This document shows positions 54,767-64,000 of a DNA stretch of 64,000 bases, in pieces. The notes under the pieces were generated by a model. The model was given only the letters and a program-made list of their open reading frames with translations. It searched no databases and was not told the origin of the DNA. This stretch comes from Bugula neritina (taxonomy: Eukaryota > Animalia > Bryozoa), in assembly GCA_964035545.1 (NCBI GenBank), contig OZ037770.1, forward strand, positions 6,458,729 to 6,522,728, read 5' to 3'. The stretch's first letter is position 1, and every line of letters begins with the position of its first letter. Made by a program: the position numbers and the translations under genes.

Positions 54767-55689
54767 GAAATAGATAAGTACGACAGGCAGCCATACTAGA
54801 GAAAGGAATAAGGAAAAATGGAAGAAGAAGGAGAAGTAGAGATGGTGAGAGAAGAAAAAGAGGAGGATCGTCTCACCATGGAGACTCTCATAGCGGCCCT
54901 CCGGGAAGTCAGCAAGGCCGGGCAGCCAGCACCTGGAGACAGGTATCGCCTGAGGCCTCCAATTTTCGGAGGCGACGGGAACATCAAGCAATTCATCAGA
55001 GAGTTTGAAGAGGTAGCCACCCTCGCCGAATGGCCGGCACCGGTACGCCTTCTTCACCTCCGTACCTGCTTGACAGGACAAGCAAAGAGTTATGCTCTTG
55101 GGCCTGATGTCGGCCACATTTTTCAGGCCCTCAGGTCTCGTTTCGGGCTAACCGCCCGCACCGCCAGGGACAATCTGCGCACCATACGCAGAGATATGCC
55201 AATGCTATTGAGGCACTAGTACAGGTAGCCCATAGCAATGACACACCCGAAGCACAAAGAAGCGCTGTGTATGAGGCCTTCTTCCATACCATTAATTACC
55301 CTGGTTTACAGCGTTATTAGTTGGCAACAAAGGTCACCACCATAGAAGAAGCCCTGGCCTTGGGCAAGGCCTACTACCAAGTGGATGGACTTCAGTGCGT
55401 GGATTTCACCGCCTGTCAAGTTGAAGAACAACCAGAGGTCATTAAGCCGGACCAGCCAAACCCACAGACCGTGGCAGCGGCTACCGCTACTCCGTCACCT
55501 GACCAGATGACCATGTTGATGGACATGGTAAAAGGGCTACAGGCTTACATGAAGCGAATGCAACAAGAGCAGACTGATAGGCGGGCACCCAGACCTCGGA
55601 GTGAGCCAATCAGTACTTCACACCTCAAATGTTGGGATGCGGAGCCAGGGACATGTGCGGAGACAGTGCCCCCAGGAGAGGAGAGTGTT

Positions 55690-55735
55690 TTTAAACACCC
55701 GGGGCTCGCGATAATTTCCGCCAACCGTGGGCCCC
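55690..55735 (+). promoter_or_regulatory. -1 programmed ribosomal frameshift signal at the gag/pol junction
   Basis: Slippery T TTA AAC just after the gag knuckle, 4-nt spacer, then a 10-bp stem ggggctcgcg / cgtgggcccc. Confidence 0.75.
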
Positions 55736-58700
55736 AAGCTAACCCCATCCGGGAAGAGACAACCCAAGGAGCCTTTTCCAGGTCCGCCCATGCTACGTGG
55801 CAGACGCAGCAGAGACATCGGAGACCACAAGGTCTGCCCGACCCTCCAACCCAGCCACCTACTACCCGGATAGAACATCAAGATGCAGGATGGCAGGCAC
55901 CTCGGAGATCTCGGAAACCGCAAGGTTTACCCGATCCTCCGGCCTGGCCACTCCTAAACCGGTTCGCGGGGTTGCCCGAAGAGGCTGTAGAGGAAGATTC
56001 AGTTTACTCGCAAGAGTATCAAAGCTACCCTCTCAGCCTCAGAAAACCCCCATTGTCTGTAAGAAGAAGGAGAGGCCCGCTGTAAAGACTGAAGAAGTGT
56101 CCCCCCCCCCAGAGACTGACCTACCCAGGAGCACCCAGCCGTATGGAAGCAGCTACTTTCTGCTCGGAAAAAAATTGGGTAAAGCTGCCACCTTCCTACT
56201 GGATACAGGGTGCACTACAAACCTGCTAAGTCGGCGCCTTTTCGACACCCTTGGTGCCCGAGAGCAGGCGAACCTCGAGCCGTATGAGGGAGCACACGGT
56301 ACGTTGGCGGACGGATCGTGTATTCCCTTTTGCGGCATTATCACACTACCTGGACGAATATGTAATCAAGTAGTTCACGAGACATTCATTGTCAGTCACC
56401 TGAAGGAAGACGCCATTTTGGGAATGCCCTTTCTGGAGAAACACCAGTGTCACATGGATTTCCAGAAGTCGGCGGTGGTGATGGCTGGGAAGGAAATTGC
56501 CTGTGTGGACAATTTTGGTAAGCCCTTGGTGGGCGGAGTCCAGGTAGTGCAGGACTGCACGATTCCAGGGAGATCTCAGGCTACTCTCCGATGCAGGGTT
56601 AACTGCAAGGAGATCGCCGCACTGGGGGTGGTGGAGGGAACGCACGGAGCAATTCGACTGGCAAACAGCCTAAATTGGCTGGACTGTCGGAAAGAGCTCC
56701 TCGTGCAATGCATCAACCCTTTTGCGGAGTCGGCCCGATTGTTGGCTGGTGCACTGGTGGGGAAGTACCACTCCATCCAGGAGGCAGATGTGGGTCCGGT
56801 ACTGGAAACAGTAACCGACACCCAGGGAAACCCCCTTCACATCTGTCGAGGAGCAGTCCCCGAGAACGTGGCTGACCTGTACAGTGGAGCGTATGGAAAC
56901 TGTACGAGTAGTACTGAACGCCAAACACTGGCTCAACTACTCGCGGAGTACAGTGATGTCTTCAGTCGTGGCGATGAAGACATGGGGCTGACTAAGGTTA
57001 TCTCCCACGAGATACCCCTGGCAGCCGGCACCACTCCCATCAGGCAGCCAATTCGACGTCTAGGCCCGGAGAAGGAGAAGGAGGTGAGCCGGCAAGTGCA
57101 AGATCTTCTCGACCGGGATCTGATTTAGCCTTCCCACAGTGCGTGGAGCTCTCCAGTAGTCCTGGTCAAAAAGGAGGATGGTAGCTGGAGGTTCTGTGTG
57201 AACTACCGCAGACTCAACAGCGTTACCATCCAGGACGCTTACCCTCTCCCACGGATAGATGAGTTTCTGGATGCCCTCGCGGGTAGCAAGTACTTCAGTA
57301 CTCTGGATCTGCTTAGCGGGTACTGGCAAGTGCCCCTCAGTCCAGATGCTCAGGACAAGGCAGCATTCATTACTCGCGATGAGCTCTGGAATGGAAAGTA
57401 CTTCCGTTCGGACTTACGTCCGCCCCGGCAACCTTCCAATGACTCATAGAGCAGGTCCTCAGTGGTCTACACTGGAAGACCCTCCTCATCTATCTGGATG
57501 ACGTCATTGTCATCTCCCCAGACTTCTCGACTCATGTCAGTCGTCTGCGGGAGGTCTTTGACCGTCTCCGGGCAGCTGGACTGAAGTTGAAGCCCTACAA
57601 GTGCGCACTCCTACAGCAAGAAGTCACGTACCTGGCCCATGTGGTTGGCCGTGACGGGGTCGCTACCAATCCAGAGAAGGTACAGGCTGTGGAGGAGTGG
57701 GCCATTCCCCGTGACCTTTCTGAGTTGCGGGCATTCCTGGGCCTGGTAGGGTACTACAGGCAGTATGTACCCGGGTTTGCAGGGGTGGCTGAGCCTTTGA
57801 ATCGGCTAACTGCCAAGTGGGTTCGGTGGCAGTGGACACAGAAGGAACAGCAGGCATTTGATCACCTCAAACAACGGCTAATGGAGGCGCCGATTCTGGC
57901 ATATCCTTATCCAGCCAAAGAGTACATCCTGGACACCGACGCCAGCGACCACAGTGTGGGAGCTGTTCTGTCTCAGGTCCAGGTTGGAAGTGAGGTGGTT
58001 GTTGCTTATTATAGCAAGACTCTTGCGGTCGCCGAAAAGAACTACTGCACCACTAGGAAAGAGCTCCTAGCAGTAGTTTGGGCGGTCAAGCACTTTCGGC
58101 CGTATTTGTATGGGAGAACGATCAGATTACAAACGGACCATGCGTCTCTGATGTGGCTGTGCCAATGTGCTGAGCCCTCGAGTCAGGTGGCTCGCCGGCT
58201 AGAGATTCTTGCTGAGTTCTCCTACCGGATAAAGCACCGGGCTGGTAAGAAACACAGGAACGCTGAGGGCATGAGTCGCCGACCAGTAGAGAACTGCAAG
58301 CAATGCCTGCACATCGAGAAACGTGATGGGGGACTTGCTCGCCTTGATGTCGAGGCACAGTTGGAGGACGGCAACGTCTATCGTGGAGAGCACGGCCATC
58401 TTCGGCCTGAAACCCACTAAGACGACGTCCAGGCACTTCGTGCTAACCCCACGCTGTACCAGAACGTCAAGGAGCTGTGTCGGCTGCAGGACACGCTCCC
58501 TGGAACGATAGCTGACATCTTCCGGGCCAAGAAAGAAGGCCGACGGCCTTCAGAAGAACAGCAACGACAAGGGGATGCTGAGTTTCAGTTCTTCTGCCGC
58601 CGCTGGAATTCTCTCCAGATTTGTTCAGACGATCTCCTGACGATGACACTCGCAGCAGACAACTGACAACAGGAGGGGGATCGCGTCGTATGCCCACGCG

Positions 58701-59991
58701 CTTTCCGTCGAGAACTAATTTAGGATACCCATAAACAGGCCCATGCTGGAGCCAGTCGAGTCATCAGATGTCTGCAGATGCGATGGTATTGGCCCGGAAC
58801 GACCAGGGATGTGCGACTAAGATTTCGGCAATGTGAAGTCTGTCAAGCCAGCAAACACGGGCGCCTCACCGAAACCACGGGCCGGCGCCGGCCGGCCCTG
58901 GCAGGTCGTAGCCGTAGACCTTGTAGAACCGATGCCAACAACAGACAGGGGGAATTCCTGGATTTTGGTCTTAACAGACTAATTTCACGCGGTGGGCAGA
59001 CGCCCTGGCTATCCTCGATGCATCGGCACTCACAGTAGCTCAGGTCCTGGACCAAAACTGGTTCTGTTACTTCGGCCTACCGGAACAGATACACACTGAC
59101 CAGGGCGCCCAATTTCAATCACAACTAATGAAGGACCTTTGCCAAGTATGGGGGTGAATCAGAGCCGGACCACCCCGTACCATCCTCAAGGAAACGGAGT
59201 GGTAGAAAGGAATAATCGGATGCTGGGTGACGCCCTCCGGAGTTTTTGTTGGGGAGGAGCCAAGAAGAGTGGGACATCATGTTACCACAAACCATGCGAG
59301 CCCACCGGAGTACCCCTCACTCTAGCACGCAGGCAACACCAAATCTGCTGATGTTGGGCCGCGAAACTAGGGTTCCGGAACATCTCACTTATCAAGTTCC
59401 GGCTCCCGAATTTCCCGTACACGAGTATGTGGGGAAGCTGGTCGAGACCATGAGGAGAGCATACGATGCCCTGCGGGAGAAGCAGTGGGCAGTAAGGACA
59501 GAAGATTCTGAGGAGCCCCCATTATACCGGGAAGGAGACTGGGTGTGGATGGTCAGCTACCGTAGGCGGCGCGGACAATTGGCTAAATTACAGCCTAAGT
59601 TCGTCGGCCCCAGTCATCGAGTTGTTCACCCAGTACGGGTAAAGACTCCAAGCCTTGGATGCAGAGTAGCCCTGAAAGTGCAGAACAACTCCAGGTACAG
59701 CAACTCGCAAACTAGCCCAGACACGTAGTAGACGGCCACCCACCTAGTGTTGACCCAAGTGGGCAACGGTGCCCTAGACCTACCGACGACCTTGACCTCA
59801 TCCAGGGAAGTGACTTAAACGGAAGGATCCAGGCCTTATCCTGCCACCTCGATCAATGCACAAGGGAGCCTGATACGCCGAATCCGATAACTGAGACAAA
59901 CAACTGCGAACCACCAGCATTCAACTCCCCGGACAGAGACCAAATTGTTTTTCTGTTATCGAAAAGGGAGATGCTTTTCGATGGGGGAGAA

Positions 59992-60611
59992 TGTAATGGA
60001 TTTTAACGCTCTAGTAATTTTATCTCGTCACCGTTAAATGTTGTAATTATAGCTAAGCTCCTTGCGTAGCTTTCTAATGCCTCAAATGTTGTAATTATAG
60101 CTAAGCTCTTAGCGTAGTGAATAGCATATTAATTGTGAATTGCCTTCCTATTTTTTATTGTTTTTTTAAGTTACTGTAATAGTTTTTGGAGTTATGTTTG
60201 CCTGCCATTTCTTTTTATAGTAGTCTGCAATAATTTATGTGAGCTGAGGTTTGGCCGAAGTCGGAACCCAGGGCGCGATTTCGGAAAGGGTTATGTCCGA
60301 CTTCGGAAGGATGTGTCCGATTTCGGACAGATTCTTCCGAAGCCGGCAACTGGAACTCCGAAATCGGCAGCCGGAACTCCTAATTCGGCCGATTTTCGAA
60401 CCCCCATAGTGGCAGGAACTTTTTGCAGTATATAAAGGCGAGCATTTCCAGTATCAAATCAGTCCAACACTGGAGCTCGCAGAGGAAACTACTATATATA
60501 CATCAATAAAGGCTATTAGAATCAACATTTTACAAAGACTTTTATTCAACAATCACAAGTATTGGCATGCAGACTACTTGTCTATTTCATTAAACCCGCA
60601 AAATCATAACA
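59992..60611 (+). repeat. 3' LTR
   Basis: Preceded by polypurine tract gggggagaa (59983-59991). Confidence 0.95.
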
Positions 60612-60929
60612 ATAACTTAATCGGCCAATTTTAGAATAGGAGTAATAACTCCTTGTAAACATCGCTATTTAGTTATTACTTTGGCAATTAGACAACGTAC
60701 TTATACGGTTATAATTATATAGCCTACGCCCTCTCAATTATCGTTTTTATGCTTTCCGCTTCACTAATCCACGACGTTTACAAAGGGTATCAAATAGCTA
60801 TTATGCGAGTAAAATTTCAATTTTAGAAAGTGAGCAACCGCATCAATATGATTTCAACAAGTTTCAGTTTGACTATAAAGGGGTACCCGGACAAGCATTA
60901 TTAACTAAAACTCGGTACTTTTTTCAGCA

Positions 60930-62795
60930 GAGGTATAAACGCAACTTACCACTAAAAACCACAGTTACTTTATTATAAACAAAAACAGAAATAAAGTTGT
61001 TACTGCAAGAAACTATCTCACATTCTCACCTCTCTTTATCATTTCATGAACTGGAGGAAGGCAGCAACAATCGATCAACCTACGATCCCTCTAAACCTGA
61101 TCATTCATCTGACAAGATAAACAAGCTTACATCTAATTGTTTAAAGCTTTTTTGCTGAACGACAACATCCCACTCATAAAAACCAGTCTCCAGTATCTGA
61201 TTCAGCTGAATCAGAATCAGTTTCCCAATATAAACCTCCTCATGAACACCGAATACCCAAAAAACCTGATGATTATCTCCTCACAACATTCATCAACTAT
61301 GCATATTCAGTGATTCTTGACTTACCCAAATCTTATGAGGGGGTTGTCACCTCCAGTAGCTCTGAAAACTGGAAAGCAGCCATGCAAAAGAAATGCAAAA
61401 CGTTAGTTGAAAACAAAACCTGGGCTGTTACTCCTCTTCCTCCTAATCGCTCAGAAATCAAAGGATGCTAGGTCTTCAAGCTTAAACAAGGATTTGATTC
61501 CAACGAAATCAAATACAACATATGTAGCCTGTGGTTACTCCCAGAAACCTTATATCGATTACGACTATACACATACTCTTCTATCACAAATTTCACATCT
61601 ACTCGCACCATCTTTCAGCTCGCAGCCAAAGAGGGTCACCATTTACACTAAAATTTTAGATGTCGAAAAAGCCTATCTCGATACTCCTATTGATAAAGAA
61701 ATATATTTTAGCAACCCCTGAGTTACAAGCAAATCAGTCCTTTCAATACTCACCTTACATTCTTTCTAAACAAGTCACTCTATGGTCTTAAACAAATTGG
61801 TCATAATATGCACATCTCTCACCAACTTTCTCAAATCAAATGATTTCGCAGCTAATGATATCATTCTCTTTTGAGTGGATGATATCATTTTCGCCTGCCG
61901 TGAGCACCCTTTTCTTGCCAAATACAAATAACTCCCAAACATAAAATTTAGTATAAATGATAGAGGCAAACTACAATGGTTTTTAGGAATGGACTTCCAA
62001 CGCACTCAAAGTGGTGGATACCGTATGAGCTAAACTCGATATGCAAATTCAATTCTCTCAAAATTTAGCATGTCTACTGCAACAAAGCATCTATTTCTAC
62101 CAATGTAAGCACCCTCTTACAAGCCTAAACTGACAAGGAGCACCAGAATTTTCTCTCCTCTGGATTCCTGTGCCGACAAGCAATTGGCAGTTTAATATAT
62201 TTTGTCATAGCCACCAAAACATATATTGGCTGGATAGTTTTCAAGTTATCTCGGTTTCTTGATAAACCTGCACCATCTCATGTTGATGCAGTTAGGCATT
62301 TATTTGGCATCTTCCAAGATAGCAAAAATTAGGTCTTTATATGCGAACCATACATCAATGGGACACTCTCGCTCTACACTGACTTCAGCTGGGCTGGTGA
62401 TCTCACAGACCGTCATTCATAATCCGGTTACGTTGCTATCTTTGAATCAGCCCCAATCAGCCCTGCTATCTTTGAAGCAGAATAATGTCCCTCACTAATG
62501 GTGTTAAAGAAGTTCTTTAGCTAGATCGTTTTCTCACATATATAAGACAAGAACTGAGCAATGTTACACCAATTTATTGCGGTAATTAGGGAGCCATTCC
62601 TATCCCTCTAATAATGCTAGTTAACACAGCCGCCTGAAACGCGTTGATGCTAAATACCACTTTGTCAAAGATCAGATATAAGTTGTATATTTACATGTAT
62701 CTACAACTGACAATCCTGGTGACAGTATGACTAAACCATTAGCATTTTGTAAACATGTCGACATGCTCCACTGCATATTGCAAATTGAAGTAGCC
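60930..62795 (+). mobile_element. Copia-like post-integrase, RT and RNase H fragment (3' part of the split element)
   Basis: KNHSYFIINKNRNKVVTARN; PKSYE..WKAAM..LVENKTW; VACGYSQKPYIDY; LDVEKAYL; KSLYGLKQ; VDDII; RQAIGSL; D..WAGD; K.VDAKYHFVKD; many stops and frameshifts. Confidence 0.85.
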
Positions 62796-63844
62796 TGTTG
62801 AATAACAATCTACAAATAGACTTTACAATCATTTTGTTCAAAAATCTAGAGTTGCCTTTACTTGCAATTGATTTTCACTGCATTATATTCATTTTTTTTA
62901 TTATTCACTTTCTTTTCTGTAATTTTAACATGGTGGTTAGAATAAAACAATATATTACTTCTACGCATAAATAATCATATTCTGATTTCATAGTATTACA
63001 TAATCTAAACTACATAATCACAGGAGAGTATTTATTATTCATCTTTTATTAATAGGTTTGCCAAGCTCCAGTCAGTGTTGACAATGCATGGCATCCTTAA
63101 TGCTAGTGTCTTGCTTGTCTAGCCATAAGACTTTTAGCGTTGTTAGCTGAGCTATTATTAATTACACGCAAATTACCAGAAAATAGTAAATAAAATTACC
63201 TTAAAGTTCAAATACTTCATTGTTGGCAGACTACCAACATTCAGAATCATGCAACCAACTCATGTCACAAAAAAGTCAATGCTACAACTCTATACAAAAT
63301 TTATTTTGATATTCATCATCAGTGTTTTTTTTTTTAGAATAATGTATAAAATCTATCTTGCTCATGTTACCTAATTTAGCAGACACCTGAAATCTCTAGT
63401 TTTGGCTGTTATTATCATAGATTTTATCTGAATTACAGTTTAAAAACGTCTATGTAATGTTATGGTGTTCCAAAAATCAAACAAAAAGCAGTTTTATGTG
63501 GATGCTATGCAATTTATTTGATTTTATTGGTATTTGTAGTAAAAAAGAAAACAAAAAAAAAGAATGCAATTTAACAAAATATTTACTAGCGGTGTTGACT
63601 ATATTTATTAGTAATACAATTGAAAGTGCATACAAGTAAATATTTTATTTATTAACATTAGGAACAAAAGTGACTATATCTGAACTTAAGCAACAGAAAA
63701 TTATTTCTACAATTGAACTAAAAATTTTTCTCAGCATCTGCCAGTGCTATTAATAGTGTTAAGTAAATATAACAACTGGTAGGTATAAACAGGATCATAT
63801 AGTAATCGTCACATAGACTTGGTGGCGCACCATATGTATTACCA

Positions 63845-63983
63845 TTAAAAATGAGCTTGTGATGTTGGAGGTAAGGGACGACCAGCAAAATTATGTTGGT
63901 AAGAATATGCTGTCGAAAATCTGGACTCAGTTTGTGGCAGTTTGATAACTTTAGCAGCAAATTTCTTTTGTCCTTGCTTTTTT
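63845..63983 (-). CDS. Candidate terminal exon of an upstream gene; cytoplasmic-tail-like peptide KKQGQKKFAAKVIKLPQTESRFSTAYSYQHNFAGRPLPPTSQAHF*
   Basis: taactatag| acceptor, basic N-terminus, Tyr and RPLPP motifs; homologous copy near 49000-49150. Confidence 0.35.
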
Positions 63984-64000
63984 CTATAGTTAACACAAAT

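Larger units (their letters stand above)
54143..60611 (+). mobile_element. Near full-length Gypsy LTR retrotransposon (gag-PR-RT-RH-INT), inactivated by frameshifts and stops
   Basis: TG..CA LTRs 54143-54747 and 59992-60611; TSD atga/ataa; FLLDTG, YRRLN, YLDDVI, TDAS, TTPYHPQGNG; integrase after RNase H. Confidence 0.96.

Overview
AT-rich, intron-containing eukaryotic (invertebrate-like) DNA, mostly transposable-element relics. No rRNA, tRNA gene or CRISPR array is visible. One multi-exon minus-strand gene can be hand-assembled (47749..35547, 9 exons, phases consistent, about 396 aa): signal peptide, two FN3-like modules and an F-type-lectin/F5-8-type-C domain. Paralogous-looking exon fragments lie at 137-8240, and a duplicated receptor-tail-like terminal exon lies at 63983/49150. 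Mobile elements: a near-complete Gypsy (54143-60611) with tRNA-Leu PBS, PPT and a -1 frameshift signal; an older relative (27821-35280) carrying an extra C2H2 zinc-finger ORF; an R4/Dong-like RLE non-LTR element in a (TAA)n tract; CR1/L2-like and RTE LINE pieces; a split Copia; other Gypsy relics; a hAT-type fold-back MITE; three CAC..GTG (CMC/EnSpm-like) MITEs with 2-bp TSDs. The most unusual signal is about 6 kb net at ~8300-18980 (interrupted by two TEs) with drifting 6-bp periodicity, where each hexamer is a near-copy of its neighbour. All calls were made by eye; no alignments or database searches were run.
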